Below are positions 26,202 through 38,738 of a stretch of 45,125 nt of DNA, in pieces. The notes under the pieces are model-generated. The model saw nothing but the letters and a program-made list of their open reading frames with translations. It was not told the DNA's origin and ran no database searches. The stretch is from a bacterium (lineage in GTDB: Bacteria; JAMCPX01): NCBI GenBank assembly GCA_049966275.1, contig JBMFUY010000003.1, positions 1-45,125 on the forward strand, read 5' to 3'. How positions within the stretch are numbered: position 1 is the stretch's first letter; every line of letters starts with the position of its first letter. The translations under genes were made by a program, and so were the position numbers.

Positions 26202-29200
26202 TGCCCAGAAGAAAAGATATTAAAAAGGTAATGTTAATAGGCTCAGGTCCTATTATTATAGGCCAGGCATCGGAATTTGATTATTCTGGTACACAATCGT
26301 GCAAGGCTTTAAAAGCAGAAGGTATTGAGGTTGTGCTGGTGAACAGTAATCCTGCTACAATCATGACAGACCCTGAATTTGCAGACAAAACATACATAGA
26401 GCCTATCAATCCGGACATATTGGAAAAGATCATCAAAATAGAGATGCCTGACGCACTTCTGCCTACAATGGGTGGACAGACAGCTTTGAACATGGCTGTG
26501 GCTCTCTCTGATAGTGGTGTGTTAAAACGATATGGCGTTGAACTTATAGGTGCAAGGCTTGATACAATAAAGAAGGCTGAAGATAGAGAATTATTCAAAG
26601 CCTCAATGCTAAAGATTGGTCTGGATGTTCCTTTCAGCAAGTATACCCATTCAAAAGAAGAGGCTATGAAATTTGTCAGAGAGATAGGCTTTCCTGTTAT
26701 CATAAGACCATCTTTTACATTGGGTGGTACTGGTGCAAGTGTTGCATACAACATAGAAGAGTTTGAAAACAAGGTGGAGTATGGACTCAACATAAGCCCT
26801 TCACACGAAGTGTTACTTGAAGAATCTGTACTTGGCTGGAAAGAGTTTGAGCTTGAAATGATGAGGGATAAAAATGATAACTGCATTGTAGTTTGTTCAA
26901 TAGAAAATTTGGATCCAATGGGTATACATACAGGTGATAGCATTACTGTTGCACCAGCGCAAACACTCACAGATAAAGAATACCAGAACATGCGGGATGC
27001 AGCCATAAAGATCATGAGGGAGATCGGTATAGAAAGTGGAGGCTCAAACATCCAGTTTGCTGTAAATCCGGTCAATGGAGAAATGGTTGTAATAGAGATG
27101 AATCCAAGGGTCTCAAGGAGTTCAGCACTTGCATCCAAGGCAACCGGGTATCCGATCGCAAAGGTTGCAACAAAACTTGCCATTGGCTACACACTTGATG
27201 AGATTACAAATGATATAACCAAAAACACAAAAGCCTCTTTTGAACCAACAATAGATTATGTTGTAACAAAGATACCGAAATTCGCATTTGAGAAATTCCC
27301 TCAGGCAGATGATACCCTGACAACACAGATGAAATCCGTAGGCGAGGTTATGGCAATAGGTAGAACATTCAAAGAATCATTTCAGAAGGCAATCCGTTCC
27401 CTTGAATCCGGTGTTTATGGATTGGTTCAAAGGATCAAAGATGAGGATCTGTACACTGATAAAGCAAAAGAGAAGGTCATAAATGAATTGAAAAGGCCAT
27501 CACCGGATCGGATCTTTTATATTGGTGATGCATTGAGGATGGGCTTTACTGTTGATGAGATACACAGGTATACATCCATTGATCCATGGTTTTTAAACAA
27601 TATAAAAGAGATTATAGAATTTGAAAAAAGGATAAAATCATTAAAAGGTTATGCCCTGTCAACGGATGAGGCAAAGGGTATTATAATTTATGCAAAGAAG
27701 ATGGGATTTTCAGACAGGTATATGGCAGAGCTGCTTGGGGTTACAGAATCTATAATAAGAAAGATAAGAACGGATGATGATTTGAAACCAGTGTATAAGG
27801 TTGTTGATACATGTGGTGCTGAGTTTGAAGCATATACCCCATACCTCTATTCTACGTATGAACAGGAGAATGAATCATCTGTTTCAGGGAGAAAAAAGGT
27901 TGTTATTCTTGGTAGCGGACCTAACAGAATAGGTCAGGGTATTGAGTTTGATTACTGCTGTGTGCATGCAAGCTTTGCTTTGAGGGAGGAAGGTTATGAG
28001 TCTATAATGATCAATTCTAATCCAGAAACAGTGAGCACTGATTACGATACATCAGACAAACTTTATTTTGAACCAGTAACCTATGAGGATGTTATGAACG
28101 TAATTGAGCAGGAGAAACCCGATGGCGTGATTGTTCAGTTCGGTGGGCAAACACCTCTGAAACTTGCAAAGAGGCTTGAAGCAGCCGGGGTACGCGTACT
28201 TGGAACTTCACCAGAGAGTATAGATATAGCAGAGGACAGGAAGCGATTCAGAGAACTTTTAGAACAGCTTGGATTAAAACAACCAACAAGCCTCACAGCA
28301 ACCTCTGTGGAAGAGGCTATAAGGATCGGCAATACTATTGGTTTTCCCCTGATTCTAAGGCCATCCTACGTTCTTGGCGGCAGGGCAATGGAGATAGTGT
28401 ATGATAATGAGAGCCTGGTGGAGTATATGACTAAAGCAGTGAATGTGAGTGAGGATAAACCAGTACTGGTTGATAAATTCTTAGAAAATGCAACAGAGAT
28501 CGATGTTGATGCAATATCTGATGGGGATACCGTAGTTATAGGTGGCATAATGGAGCACATCGAGGAGGCTGGTATACATTCAGGGGATAGTGCATGTTCC
28601 CTTCCTCCATTTTCACTTTCCAGGGATCTTATAAATGAGATAGAGAGGCAGACAAAGCTTCTTGCAAGGGCACTTGAGGTTGTAGGGCTCATCAATATCC
28701 AGTATGCTGTAAAGGACAATGAGATATATATAATAGAGGCAAATCCAAGGGCGAGCAGAACAATACCATTTGTATCCAAATCTATAGGGGTACCACTAGC
28801 TAAATTGGCTACAAAGTTAATGGTTGGTAAAAAATTAAAGGATGTGGGCTTTACAAAAGAGGTATGGACTGATTATATTACTGTAAAAGAAGCAGTGCTT
28901 CCTTTTATGAAATTACCCGGTGTGGATACAATACTGGGCCCTGAGATGAAATCCACAGGTGAGGTTATGGGAATAGATAAGACCTTTGCACTTGCATTTG
29001 CAAAATCGCAGATAGCTTCAAATACAGTATTACCGTTGAGTGGTAATGTGTTTATCAGTGTAAAGGATAGCGATAAGATGCTTATAGTACCTATTGCTAA
29101 AAAGTTGAAAGAACTGGGATTCAATATAATAGCTACACGTGGAACCGCTCAGGTTCTGAAGGCGAGTGGTATAGACGTAAAGGTTGTAAATAAGGTGCAG

Positions 29201-29446
29201 GAAGGCAGACCGCATATTGTTGATCTCATAAAAAATGGAGAGATTGCCCTGCTTATAAACACAACATTCGGGAAAAAATCAATCAATGATTCTTATTCCA
29301 TAAGAAGGTCAGCCATTGTGTACAATGTGCCTTACTATACAACTATAGAAGGTGCAGAGGCTGCTTATAAGGCGATAGTGGCTTTGAAGAATGGTAATAT
29401 TTCTGTTACACCTTTACAGCAATTATATAAATCTTATATATCTTAA
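26201..29446 (+). CDS. carB: Carbamoyl-phosphate synthase large subunit
   Basis: MPRRKDI, GSGPI.IGQA.EFDYSG, duplicated ATP-grasp, GPEMKSTGE. Confidence 0.98.
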   Translation: MPRRKDIKKVMLIGSGPIIIGQASEFDYSGTQSCKALKAEGIEVVLVNSNPATIMTDPEFADKTYIEPINPDILEKIIKIEMPDALLPTMGGQTALNMAVALSDSGVLKRYGVELIGARLDTIKKAEDRELFKASMLKIGLDVPFSKYTHSKEEAMKFVREIGFPVIIRPSFTLGGTGASVAYNIEEFENKVEYGLNISPSHEVLLEESVLGWKEFELEMMRDKNDNCIVVCSIENLDPMGIHTGDSITVAPAQTLTDKEYQNMRDAAIKIMREIGIESGGSNIQFAVNPVNGEMVVIEMNPRVSRSSALASKATGYPIAKVATKLAIGYTLDEITNDITKNTKASFEPTIDYVVTKIPKFAFEKFPQADDTLTTQMKSVGEVMAIGRTFKESFQKAIRSLESGVYGLVQRIKDEDLYTDKAKEKVINELKRPSPDRIFYIGDALRMGFTVDEIHRYTSIDPWFLNNIKEIIEFEKRIKSLKGYALSTDEAKGIIIYAKKMGFSDRYMAELLGVTESIIRKIRTDDDLKPVYKVVDTCGAEFEAYTPYLYSTYEQENESSVSGRKKVVILGSGPNRIGQGIEFDYCCVHASFALREEGYESIMINSNPETVSTDYDTSDKLYFEPVTYEDVMNVIEQEKPDGVIVQFGGQTPLKLAKRLEAAGVRVLGTSPESIDIAEDRKRFRELLEQLGLKQPTSLTATSVEEAIRIGNTIGFPLILRPSYVLGGRAMEIVYDNESLVEYMTKAVNVSEDKPVLVDKFLENATEIDVDAISDGDTVVIGGIMEHIEEAGIHSGDSACSLPPFSLSRDLINEIERQTKLLARALEVVGLINIQYAVKDNEIYIIEANPRASRTIPFVSKSIGVPLAKLATKLMVGKKLKDVGFTKEVWTDYITVKEAVLPFMKLPGVDTILGPEMKSTGEVMGIDKTFALAFAKSQIASNTVLPLSGNVFISVKDSDKMLIVPIAKKLKELGFNIIATRGTAQVLKASGIDVKVVNKVQEGRPHIVDLIKNGEIALLINTTFGKKSINDSYSIRRSAIVYNVPYYTTIEGAEAAYKAIVALKNGNISVTPLQQLYKSYIS

Positions 29447-29455
29447 GGAGTTTAT

Positions 29456-29941
29456 ATGCGAAAGTTTCCAATGACAAAATCAGGCTATGAAGCTTTAAAA
29501 GAGAAATTAAGAATATTACAGCAGGTGGAAAGACCAAAGGTCTTATCCGCACTTGCAGAGGCAAGGAGCCACGGTGATCTTAGTGAGAACGCGGAGTATG
29601 AAAGTGCCAAGGAAAAACAGGCATATATAGACGCAAAAATAAGAGAGATAGAAGAAAAACTTGCTAACGCAGAGATAATAGAAATAGACAAGAGCAAGAT
29701 AAATACAGAGCAGGTAGCTTTTGGTGCCTTTGTATCATTAAAGGATATAAATACGGATCAGGTTGTAAGTTACTTAATCGTCGGAGAAGATGAAGCTGAT
29801 TATAAGAATGGGAGTATTTCTATAAATTCACCACTTGCAAGGGAACTCATTGGTTGTAGAAAAGGTGATGTGATAGAGATTCAGACATCAAAGGCAATAA
29901 AGGAGTACGAGGTAATAGAGATATCGTATGATAAAATATAA
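29456..29941 (+). CDS. greA: Transcription elongation factor GreA
   Basis: ARSHGDLSENAEY, ISINSPLAR.L. Confidence 0.95.
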   Translation: MRKFPMTKSGYEALKEKLRILQQVERPKVLSALAEARSHGDLSENAEYESAKEKQAYIDAKIREIEEKLANAEIIEIDKSKINTEQVAFGAFVSLKDINTDQVVSYLIVGEDEADYKNGSISINSPLARELIGCRKGDVIEIQTSKAIKEYEVIEISYDKI

Positions 29942-29998
29942 GCGTTTATTTAGCAGATTGTTACAGAGTGAACACATGTTAAAAATTCTTACAAATTA

Positions 29999-30026
29999 TT
30001 GACTAATAACTTATTGGGTATATAAT
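29999..30026 (+). promoter_or_regulatory. Sigma70 promoter of rpsU-dnaG-rpoD
   Basis: TTGACT-16 bp-TATAAT. Confidence 0.75.
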
Positions 30027-30066
30027 ATTTTTTTAATTCTATAAAGGAAGGGAGGGAAGGATATTA

Positions 30067-30267
30067 ATGACGAGCGTAATAGTAAGAGAAGGCGAGAATT
30101 TTGAGCAGGCATTGAGAAGATTTAAAAAACTCGTTGAGAGAGCAGGTATTCAAACAGAGCTCAGGAAGAGAGAATACTATGAGAAGCCCAGTGTTGAAAG
30201 AAAAAGAAAAGAGATAGCAGCAAAGAAACGCGTGTACAAGAAGTTGAAAAAATTATCTTATCTGTAG
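30067..30267 (+). CDS. rpsU: 30S ribosomal protein S21
   Basis: [17 protein letters not shown]. Confidence 0.96.
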   Translation: MTSVIVREGENFEQALRRFKKLVERAGIQTELRKREYYEKPSVERKRKEIAAKKRVYKKLKKLSYL

Positions 30268-30292
30268 ATTTTGTATTGATAGGATATAATTA

Positions 30293-32038
30293 ATGGGCAG
30301 CTGGGAAAATCAAATTAAAGAGATAAAAGAGCGAGTAAACATAGTTGACATAATATCAAACTATGTAAATTTAAAAAAGAGTGGTGAGAATTTTGTTGGC
30401 TTGTGCCCGTTTCACAATGAAAAAACACCTTCTTTTACAGTGAGTGAAAAGAAAGGTGTTTTTCATTGTTTTGGGTGCGGAGTCGGTGGAGATGTAATAA
30501 GCTTTTTGACACGTATCAGAAATGAAAGCTTTAATGATACAATAAGGTACCTTGCTAATATCGCTGGTGTTCAGCTTGATGAAACAACATCTGATAAGAA
30601 GAAAGCTAATTATTATTCTATAAACGAATTACTTGCCAATCACTATCACAGTCTCCTGTTTTCCGATCCTGCAGGAAAGAAAGCATTCAATTATCTTACA
30701 GTGGAAAGAGGATTGAGTACAAAAACAATAAACGATTATATGATAGGATATGCACCCAACAAATGGGATCAAGTTGAGACGTTCTTACGGGCGCATAATA
30801 TCCCTTTGAGCATGGCATCAGATATAGGTTTGATCGTAAAAAAACAGAACAGCAATGAGTACTTTGATAGGTTTAGAGGCAGAATAATGTTTCCTATTAA
30901 AGATTACAGGGGTAAGGTCATTGCTTTTGGTGGAAGACAATTTGATGGTGAACAACCCAAGTATATGAACTCACCGGATTCTGATATTTACAAAAAAGGG
31001 ATGACCCTTTATGGAATTGATGTGGCAAAACAGAATATGGATAAAAAGGGCTTTGCCATATTCGTGGAGGGGTATATGGATGTGCTGTTGTTGCATCAGC
31101 ATGGATTTAAAAACGCTGTTGCAACAACAGGTACAGCAGTTAGCCTTTATCATGTTAATACAGTTTCAAGGTATACTGATAGTGTTGTATTCATATTCGA
31201 TGGGGATGAGGCAGGAGAAAAGGCTGCATTGAGGACGCTTGAGGTTATAATAGAAGCTGATATAGATGCAAGGTTTGCTTTACTGCCGCGTGGTTATGAC
31301 CCGGATACATTTATCATCAAATATGGTGTTGATGCTTTGAACAAGCTTATAGCTGATGCCCAGCCCTTGTTTGACTATTATGTAAAAAGCCTTATAAAGG
31401 ATAAAGAAAATAGTGTTACAGGCAGATTAAAGGCAATAAACAATATTATCTTATTGTTAAAAAAGATACAGAGTTCACCGATAAAACAAGAATTATACAT
31501 AAAAAGGCTATCAGAACTAACAGGCATCTCAAACCTATCAATAAAAAAGGCATTGAACAGTAGGAATACATCACAGTATAAGTCCATTACACACACCAGC
31601 TCCTTTAATAAAGGGGATCAGGATAAGACAGAACTGATTGTTTTAACAATAATTATTGACCATCCTGAAAAAATGCATATTCTATTAGATGAACATGGAT
31701 TAGATTGGTTTGAAAACAAGGATATAGTTGCAATTATAAAACGTATTAAAGAGTTAAACGAAGCAGGTATAAGGGACGTTAAAGATGTGATATTTCAACA
31801 TATAAGTGATGAGAGGGAAAAAGCAATTCTCTCTGCAGCTATGCTTAATGACCTTTCAGGCGAAAATATTGACATGTTGTATGATTATACAATTAATAAG
31901 TTAAAGAAGTCGTACTACGTTAAGGAACAAAGAAGATTATCAGCGGAGATTGAGGAACTTAAAACAAGTGGAGAGGAAGAAAAGGCATATACTTTATTAA
32001 AAAAGAAAAAGGAGATCGCTGTTTTTCATAAGCAATAA
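30293..32038 (+). CDS. dnaG: DNA primase
   Basis: CPFH.EKTPSF...CFGCG Zn finger, KYMNSP, EGYMD, FDGD.AG. Confidence 0.97.
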   Translation: MGSWENQIKEIKERVNIVDIISNYVNLKKSGENFVGLCPFHNEKTPSFTVSEKKGVFHCFGCGVGGDVISFLTRIRNESFNDTIRYLANIAGVQLDETTSDKKKANYYSINELLANHYHSLLFSDPAGKKAFNYLTVERGLSTKTINDYMIGYAPNKWDQVETFLRAHNIPLSMASDIGLIVKKQNSNEYFDRFRGRIMFPIKDYRGKVIAFGGRQFDGEQPKYMNSPDSDIYKKGMTLYGIDVAKQNMDKKGFAIFVEGYMDVLLLHQHGFKNAVATTGTAVSLYHVNTVSRYTDSVVFIFDGDEAGEKAALRTLEVIIEADIDARFALLPRGYDPDTFIIKYGVDALNKLIADAQPLFDYYVKSLIKDKENSVTGRLKAINNIILLLKKIQSSPIKQELYIKRLSELTGISNLSIKKALNSRNTSQYKSITHTSSFNKGDQDKTELIVLTIIIDHPEKMHILLDEHGLDWFENKDIVAIIKRIKELNEAGIRDVKDVIFQHISDEREKAILSAAMLNDLSGENIDMLYDYTINKLKKSYYVKEQRRLSAEIEELKTSGEEEKAYTLLKKKKEIAVFHKQ

Positions 32039-32042
32039 ATAT

Positions 32043-33839
32043 ATGACAAGAAAAAAACGAACATCAAGTATGCGAAACAAACGCAATCCATCAACAAAGA
32101 AACGAGAAATAAAACCTCTAAATGAAAATTTAAACGACAGTGTGGAAAAACTGATCAACCTTGGCAAGGACAAGGGTTTCTTAACCTTTGAGGAGGTTAA
32201 CAACCTCTTACCTGCTGATATTGTCTCTCCGGATCAGATAAACGAGGTTATGAACATGTTTGGAGAGCTTGATATAGAGGTTGTTGATTCAAATAAGAAC
32301 ATAAAGGTTCAACAAAGTTATAAGGTACAGGAAGAAGAGGAAGAGGAAGAAGCCAAATCTTATGAAAGGCTTAATGACCCTATAAAGCTCTATCTAAGAG
32401 AGATGGGCAATATGCCTCTTCTAACACGAGAGTGGGAGGTTGGTATAGCTAAAGCCATTGAAGAGGGAAGAAAAAAGGTTTTTAATGCATTGCTTTCCTC
32501 CCCGGTAACCATGAAGGAGATTAAAGAGGTACAGGATAAACTACTTAACAATGCAATAAAGATAAAAGACGTCATAAGGGAAATAGATGAGGACTTCACA
32601 CCTGAGGAAGAGGAAGAGACCATTCAGAAAACATTGTCCATTATCAAAAAGATGATAGCCCTTGAAGAGGAGAGGAAAACCTATAGAGAAATTCTTAGGA
32701 AGAATAAGAATTCCAGGCATGCTAAAGAAGAGATGGATAAACTGAACGAGAAGATCGCCAATCTCCTTATAGGGCTTTCTCCAAACGAAAAGTTTATAAT
32801 GCAGATAACAGAAAAACTTAGAACACTTGTTGATAGGATTGACTCAGCAGAAGCAGAACTAAGGAACTGTTCCAGAGAGACAAACATTCCCATAGAGACA
32901 TTTAAAACCTATCTACCTGCAATTAACAGATCAGCAAAAGAGGCAAGAAGTATAGCCAATAAGTACAAAATAGAATATGACAAATTCAAAGAGATCGTCA
33001 GAAGGATTAAAAACGCATTAAATCAAATCAAATCAGTTGAGAGTGAAGCAGAGTCAGACAGTGCAACACTCAGAAAAACCTTAAATGAGGTTTTAATAGG
33101 TGAGGAAGAAACAAAAAAGGCAAAAGAAAAGCTGATATTAGCCAATTTGAGGCTCGTGGTTAGTATAGCCAAAAAATACACGAACAGAGGACTCAGCCTT
33201 GCTGATCTGATTCAGGAGGGTAATATAGGATTGATGAAAGCCGTTGATAAATTTGAGTATCAGCGCGGTTATAAGTTCAGTACATATGCTACATGGTGGG
33301 TAAGACAGGCTATAACACGCGCTATTGCAGATCAGGCGAGAACCATAAGAATACCTGTCCATATGATAGAGACAATTAATAAGTTGATAAGAACATCAAG
33401 GTACCTTGTTCAGGAGATAGGCAGGGAGCCCCTTCCTGAAGAGATTGCAGAAAAGATGGAACTTCCTGTTGACAAAGTAAGAAAAGTATTGAAAATAGCT
33501 AAAGAACCTATTTCTCTTGAAACCCCTATCGGGGAAGAGGAAGATAGCCATTTGATAGATTTTATAGAGGATAAATCTTTTGCAGGACCTCATGAAGTTA
33601 TTACGAATGAGAATTTACAATATTTTACAAGGAGTGCTTTGAGTACCCTTACACCTCGAGAAGAAAAGGTGTTGAGATTGAGGTTTGGCATAGGAGAGAA
33701 GTCAGACCACACGCTTGAAGAGGTTGGAAAGGACTTTGAAGTTACAAGAGAAAGAATAAGACAGATAGAGGCAAAGGCATTAAGGAAGTTAAGACACCCA
33801 AGCCGTAGCAAATATTTGAAGACGTTCATAAGTGATTAG
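32043..33839 (+). CDS. rpoD: RNA polymerase primary sigma factor sigma70
   Basis: Region 1.1, [40 protein letters not shown]. Confidence 0.98.
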   Translation: MTRKKRTSSMRNKRNPSTKKREIKPLNENLNDSVEKLINLGKDKGFLTFEEVNNLLPADIVSPDQINEVMNMFGELDIEVVDSNKNIKVQQSYKVQEEEEEEEAKSYERLNDPIKLYLREMGNMPLLTREWEVGIAKAIEEGRKKVFNALLSSPVTMKEIKEVQDKLLNNAIKIKDVIREIDEDFTPEEEEETIQKTLSIIKKMIALEEERKTYREILRKNKNSRHAKEEMDKLNEKIANLLIGLSPNEKFIMQITEKLRTLVDRIDSAEAELRNCSRETNIPIETFKTYLPAINRSAKEARSIANKYKIEYDKFKEIVRRIKNALNQIKSVESEAESDSATLRKTLNEVLIGEEETKKAKEKLILANLRLVVSIAKKYTNRGLSLADLIQEGNIGLMKAVDKFEYQRGYKFSTYATWWVRQAITRAIADQARTIRIPVHMIETINKLIRTSRYLVQEIGREPLPEEIAEKMELPVDKVRKVLKIAKEPISLETPIGEEEDSHLIDFIEDKSFAGPHEVITNENLQYFTRSALSTLTPREEKVLRLRFGIGEKSDHTLEEVGKDFEVTRERIRQIEAKALRKLRHPSRSKYLKTFISD

Positions 33840-33911
33840 GGCCCATAGCTCAGCTGGTAGAGCTACCGGCTCATAACCGGTTGGTCCCTGGTTCGAGTCC
33901 AGGTGGGCCCA
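33839..33911 (+). tRNA. tRNA with CAT anticodon, most likely tRNA-Ile2 (lysidine); CCA not encoded
   Basis: Cloverleaf: GGGCCCA/TGGGCCC acceptor, GCTC/GAGC D-stem, ACCGG-CTCATAA-CCGGT, CCTGG-TTCGAGT-CCAGG; G1-C72 pair argues against initiator. Confidence 0.93.
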
Positions 33912-33951
33912 TTTTAAAATAAAAGAAACAATAGAAAGGAGGCACCAGAAG

Positions 33952-34707
33952 TTGGATATAGAACAGCTTAAGCTACTTCAAAGTGTAGATATACAGATTT
34001 CTGATATTTATCATGAAAAGAATGAATTGGAAGAAACCTTAAGGAAAGACGAAGAAGAATATAAAGATAGGGAAAATCGGATAGCGGAACTTAACAAGCA
34101 GTACGAACAACTTGAGTCAGAGAAGAAAACAAAGGAGGCGGAGATTCAGCAAACTAACGAGATGATCAAGAGATGGGATGCACGGCTTAAAGAGGCAAAA
34201 TCAGGAAGAGAATATCAGGCTTTCATGCGTGAAATAAGTAGTGCAAAAAGGGATATAGATGAAATGGAAAATGTTGTGCTCAAAATAATGGAAGACCTTG
34301 AGAAGATTGATAAGTCGAGAGAAGAAGAAAAAACCAGGATTACAGAGATAGAAAAAAGGTTAAACGAAACATCACAGCAAAAAAAAGATAGGATTTCCAC
34401 TTTAGAGGATAAACTCAAAGAACTTGAATTACAGAAACAGGATATTGCAAAGCACATAACACCATCAGTATTAAGCCTGTATGAGCAAATAAAAAAACAC
34501 AGAGATGTAGCAATTGTAGAAGTAAAAAAGGGTATCTGTCAGGGCTGTCATATGAATATACCACCACAACTTTTTAATGAAGTTATAATGAATAATAGAA
34601 TTATTCTTTGTCCACATTGCCAGAGGATACTCTACTATAATAGTGTGGAAGAGAATCAACTTGAGGAACACAAAGCCAAAAGAAGTAAAAAATCCTTGAG
34701 CCTTTGA
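33952..34707 (+). CDS. Coiled-coil C4-type zinc ribbon protein (DUF164-like)
   Basis: LQ..D start, coiled coil, CQGCHM...CPHCQRIL; TTG start with SD AGGAGG. Confidence 0.88.
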   Translation: MDIEQLKLLQSVDIQISDIYHEKNELEETLRKDEEEYKDRENRIAELNKQYEQLESEKKTKEAEIQQTNEMIKRWDARLKEAKSGREYQAFMREISSAKRDIDEMENVVLKIMEDLEKIDKSREEEKTRITEIEKRLNETSQQKKDRISTLEDKLKELELQKQDIAKHITPSVLSLYEQIKKHRDVAIVEVKKGICQGCHMNIPPQLFNEVIMNNRIILCPHCQRILYYNSVEENQLEEHKAKRSKKSLSL

Positions 34708-35549
34708 ACTTAGAAAATTATATAACATACCATACAAAACAGTTGAACGACATCCTTGATGAGGTTTTACCAAAAGAAAATGTTCCACCTGAGACTATCC
34801 ATAGGGCTATGCGATATAGTGTTTTCAATGGTGGCAAAAGATTAAGACCTATCATAACAATAGCGACTGCTGATTACATTGGTATTAAAATAGACAGGCT
34901 CGTCTACTATATTGGGGCTATGATAGAACTTGTACATGCATATTCCCTTGTTCACGATGATCTTCCTTCAATGGATAACGATGATCTCCGAAGAGGGAAA
35001 CCAACTGTTCATAAGATGTTTAACGAGGCAATTGCCATTCTAACCGGGGATGCCCTATTGACACAAGCCTTTGAGGTTATGGGTATGATGGGGGTCTACA
35101 AAAAAAACGGGGATGTAGTATCATTACTCACAGAATTTACTGCAGCAATAGGTTCGAAGGGGCTGGTTGGGGGACAGGTTATGGATCTTGAGAAAAAAAA
35201 CAAACCTCTGAGTAAAGAAGAATTAAATTTCATACATAAGAATAAAACTTCGGCTTTGATAACATTTTCATCCATAGCTGTGCCGGTTTTTTTTAAGAAA
35301 CAGGCTTATATATCTGATATGAGAAATTATGGGACATCACTTGGAATGGCATTTCAGATAGGAGATGATATAGTGGATTATAAAAAGGATAGCCAGGAAC
35401 CATCCATTCTGAAGGTAATGGAGGTTGATGAGGCGAAAAAGCTGTTTTATGAGTACATTGACAAAGCTAAAAATGTAATAAAGTATAAAAAAGAGGGCAG
35501 GTATCTTATCGCTATCTGTGATTGGATAAAAGGAGCATTCAATTTATGA
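34704..35549 (+). CDS. ispA: Farnesyl/geranylgeranyl diphosphate synthase
   Basis: GGKRLRP, HDDLPSMDNDDLRRG, GQ..DL, FQI.DDI.D. Confidence 0.88.
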   Translation: MNLENYITYHTKQLNDILDEVLPKENVPPETIHRAMRYSVFNGGKRLRPIITIATADYIGIKIDRLVYYIGAMIELVHAYSLVHDDLPSMDNDDLRRGKPTVHKMFNEAIAILTGDALLTQAFEVMGMMGVYKKNGDVVSLLTEFTAAIGSKGLVGGQVMDLEKKNKPLSKEELNFIHKNKTSALITFSSIAVPVFFKKQAYISDMRNYGTSLGMAFQIGDDIVDYKKDSQEPSILKVMEVDEAKKLFYEYIDKAKNVIKYKKEGRYLIAICDWIKGAFNL

Positions 35550-37426
35550 TTCTGGAAAGGATAAATTATCCATCAGATATAAAAAATCTCACAATAAAAG
35601 AGCTTTATACACTTGCAGATGAAATAAGAGAGACAATAATAGATGCAGTATCCGTTAATGGGGGGCATTTAGCCTCAAGTCTTGGAGTTGTAGAACTAAC
35701 AATAGCATTACATTATGTTTTTGATGCTCCAAAGGATAAAATTGTCTGGGATGTTGGACATCAGGCGTATGCTCATAAAATACTCACAGGAAGAAAAGAG
35801 CGGATCAATACATTAAGACAGCTGGACGGAATAAGTGGTTTTCTGAGAAGGGATGAGAGTGAATACGATGTGTTTGGTGCAGGTCATTCAAGTACTTCCA
35901 TCTCTGCAGCTCTTGGTATAGAGGAAGCCCTGAGAATACACGGTGATAACAACTCAAAGGTTATAGCAGTCATAGGGGATGGTTCTCTTACAGCGGGTTT
36001 AGCCTTTGAAGGGCTTGATCAGGCAGGTCATCTGCGCAGGAATCTGATCGTTGTTGTTAATGATAATGGAATGAGTATCTATCCAAATGTAGGGGCAATT
36101 TCTAACTTCCTGAGCAGGAAACTGACAAGTTCAAGATTTGCAAGGATGAGGAAAAGAATAAAGGATTTCATCCTATCTTTACCAAAAAGGTTCAGCGATC
36201 CATTGTATAAGGTGGCTCAGCGTACAGAGGTCTCATTCAAAAGCTTTGTAACGCCTGGTGTTCTATTTGAAGGGCTTGGTTTTCAATACATAGGGCCCAT
36301 AAAGGGGCATAATCTTGAAGAGCTCATAGAAACATTCAACAATATAAAAAATTGGGATGGAGCTGTTCTTGTTCATGTAAAGACCCAGAAGGGCAGGGGT
36401 TATGAATATGCAGAGAAAAACCCGGTTTTCTGGCACGGTGTGAGTCCGTTTGATAAGAAAACAGGCAAGATACTCAACAGTAATAATACTGCACCAACTT
36501 ACACAAAGGTTTTTAGCAATGCTGTGATCGAACTTGCAGAGATGGATGAACGTATTGTAGCGATAACAGCTGCAATGCCTGATGGCACAGGGCTGGAGGA
36601 ATTCGCTAAAAGATTTCCTGACAGATTTTATGATGTTGGTATAGCAGAACAGCATGGGATCACCTTTGCTGCTGGTCTTGCAACACAGGGGTTAAAACCT
36701 ATAGCAGCAATATACTCCACCTTTTTGCAACGGGCTTTTGATCAGGTTATACACGATGTTTGTTTACAGAACCTTGGTGTAACAATTGCAATGGATAGAG
36801 CTGGTATTGTGGGACAGGATGGGCCAACCCATCATGGTGTTTTTGATATATCATATTTAAGATTGATACCGAATATAACCTTAATGGCTCCAAAGGACGA
36901 AGATGAGTTAAGACATATGTTATTTACAGCAGTGAATTTAGGCACACCATGTGCAATCAGATATCCAAGAGGGGCAAGCGTGGGCGTGAAACTATCAGAT
37001 ACGTTTAATGCTTTATCTGTTGGCAGAGCAGAGATCCTTGAGTATGGCAATGATATTCTTATTATCGCTATTGGTGATATGGTTGTACCGTCTTTGAAGG
37101 CAAGGGATATATTACTGTCAAATGGAATTGGAGCTACAGTGGTCAATGCCAGATTTATAAAACCACTTGATGAACGATTGATAACTGAACTGGCTTCAAG
37201 ATTTGAGATAATTGTAACAGTGGAGAACAACGTTATTGCAGGAGGATTTGGAAGCGCGATAATGGAACTGTTGAATAGCAAGCAATCAAATAAGAATAGA
37301 TTTATAACAATAGGCATACCTGATACATTTGTATCACACGGAGATCAAAACAGATTAAAAGAACTTTATGACCTTTATCCAGAAGGCATAGCAAAAAGAG
37401 TACTGATGAATATACACAAAGTATGA
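35546..37426 (+). CDS. dxs: 1-deoxy-D-xylulose-5-phosphate synthase
   Basis: GGHLASSLG, WDVGHQ, GDGS, DVGIAEQH, DGPTHHG; ATGA overlap with ispA. Confidence 0.97.
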   Translation: MILERINYPSDIKNLTIKELYTLADEIRETIIDAVSVNGGHLASSLGVVELTIALHYVFDAPKDKIVWDVGHQAYAHKILTGRKERINTLRQLDGISGFLRRDESEYDVFGAGHSSTSISAALGIEEALRIHGDNNSKVIAVIGDGSLTAGLAFEGLDQAGHLRRNLIVVVNDNGMSIYPNVGAISNFLSRKLTSSRFARMRKRIKDFILSLPKRFSDPLYKVAQRTEVSFKSFVTPGVLFEGLGFQYIGPIKGHNLEELIETFNNIKNWDGAVLVHVKTQKGRGYEYAEKNPVFWHGVSPFDKKTGKILNSNNTAPTYTKVFSNAVIELAEMDERIVAITAAMPDGTGLEEFAKRFPDRFYDVGIAEQHGITFAAGLATQGLKPIAAIYSTFLQRAFDQVIHDVCLQNLGVTIAMDRAGIVGQDGPTHHGVFDISYLRLIPNITLMAPKDEDELRHMLFTAVNLGTPCAIRYPRGASVGVKLSDTFNALSVGRAEILEYGNDILIIAIGDMVVPSLKARDILLSNGIGATVVNARFIKPLDERLITELASRFEIIVTVENNVIAGGFGSAIMELLNSKQSNKNRFITIGIPDTFVSHGDQNRLKELYDLYPEGIAKRVLMNIHKV

Positions 37427-37482
37427 GAATTATAATGTTTTAATCAGAGCATGCATATCAGTAATTTTAAAAAGGAGGTAAT

Positions 37483-38238
37483 ATGTCAGGACATTCAAAA
37501 TGGGCAACAATAAAACATAAGAAGGGCAAGGAAGATGCAAGGAGGGGTAAGATATTTACCAAACTGATAAGAGAAATTATAACTGCTGCAAGAATAGGTG
37601 GTGGTAATATAGAAACCAATCCAAGACTTAGAGCAGCTGTGATGGCTGCAAAACAGGAGAACATGCCCAAGACCAACATAGAGAATGCCATTAAAAAAGG
37701 AACAGGCGAGATAGAGGGTGAGGTCTACGAAGAGCTTATGTATGAAGGGTATGGACCCGGGGGAGTTGCTGTGCTTGTGAAGGTAATGACTGATAACAAG
37801 AATCGTTCTGCTGCAGAGATCAGGCATATCTTCTCAAGGTATGGAGGAAATCTTGGCGAGGCAGGATGTGTTAGCTGGATGTTTAAGCAAAAGGGGCAGT
37901 TTTTGATACCTGACAATGTGATCACAGAGGATAAACTGCTTGAGCTTTCAATGAATTTTGATGTTGAAGATATAAACCATGATGAAGAGGGCAAGATGTT
38001 TGAGGTAATTGTTCCTCCATCTGCCTTTGAAGGGGTAAAGGCAGCATATGATAAAGAGGGTATAAAATACACATTTGCAGAGGTTACCCTTGTACCACAA
38101 ACGTATGTTCCACTTGCTGGTAAAGATGCAGAACAGATGCTCAGGTTGATGGAGGCGCTTGATGATCATGATGATGTTCAGAAGGTTTATGCAAACTTTG
38201 ATATCTCAGAGAAAGATATGGAGGCAATTGAACAATGA
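37483..38238 (+). CDS. yebC: YebC/PmpR family protein
   Basis: MSGHSKWATIKHKK, YEGYGPGG, DDVQ.VY.N. Confidence 0.96.
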   Translation: MSGHSKWATIKHKKGKEDARRGKIFTKLIREIITAARIGGGNIETNPRLRAAVMAAKQENMPKTNIENAIKKGTGEIEGEVYEELMYEGYGPGGVAVLVKVMTDNKNRSAAEIRHIFSRYGGNLGEAGCVSWMFKQKGQFLIPDNVITEDKLLELSMNFDVEDINHDEEGKMFEVIVPPSAFEGVKAAYDKEGIKYTFAEVTLVPQTYVPLAGKDAEQMLRLMEALDDHDDVQKVYANFDISEKDMEAIEQ

Positions 38239-38738
38239 GGATACTGGGTATAGACCCAGGATCCCATACAATGGGATGGGCTGTTGTTGAGTCTGAGCAA
38301 AACAAGTATAAACACATTGGTTCAGGTGTTATTAATACACAGGGCATATCAGATATTGCCAGACGATTAAGGCTTATCTTTGACGAAGTAACAAAGATCA
38401 TAGATACGTATGAACCAGATGCCTTAGCCATAGAAACGGTATTCTTTTCAAAGAACCAGAAGAGTTCATTTGTTCTGGTTCAAAGTGCCACTTCAGCCAT
38501 GCTTGCTGCTGTTAATCATGGTTTATCAGTAAATGAGTACCAACCAATGATGATAAAAAAGGCATTAACAGGTTATGGCAGGGCTGATAAGGAGCAGGTT
38601 CAATTCATGGTAAAGAAGCTTTTAAATATTAATACCAGGATGATAATGGATAGGTCTGACGCAATAGCTGTTGCACTATGTCATATTAATTCCATCCAGC
38701 TAAAGAACAGGGTTCTGAATCATGCTTTATCATATTAA
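38235..38738 (+). CDS. ruvC: Holliday junction resolvase RuvC
   Basis: ILGIDPG, TGYGRA.KEQV, D..DA.AVA.CH. Confidence 0.95.
   Translation: MRILGIDPGSHTMGWAVVESEQNKYKHIGSGVINTQGISDIARRLRLIFDEVTKIIDTYEPDALAIETVFFSKNQKSSFVLVQSATSAMLAAVNHGLSVNEYQPMMIKKALTGYGRADKEQVQFMVKKLLNINTRMIMDRSDAIAVALCHINSIQLKNRVLNHALSY

Noticed and set aside
26281-27183. 300 aa antisense ORF and other shadow ORFs
   Set aside because: Lie opposite well-conserved genes (here carB) with no recognisable motifs.
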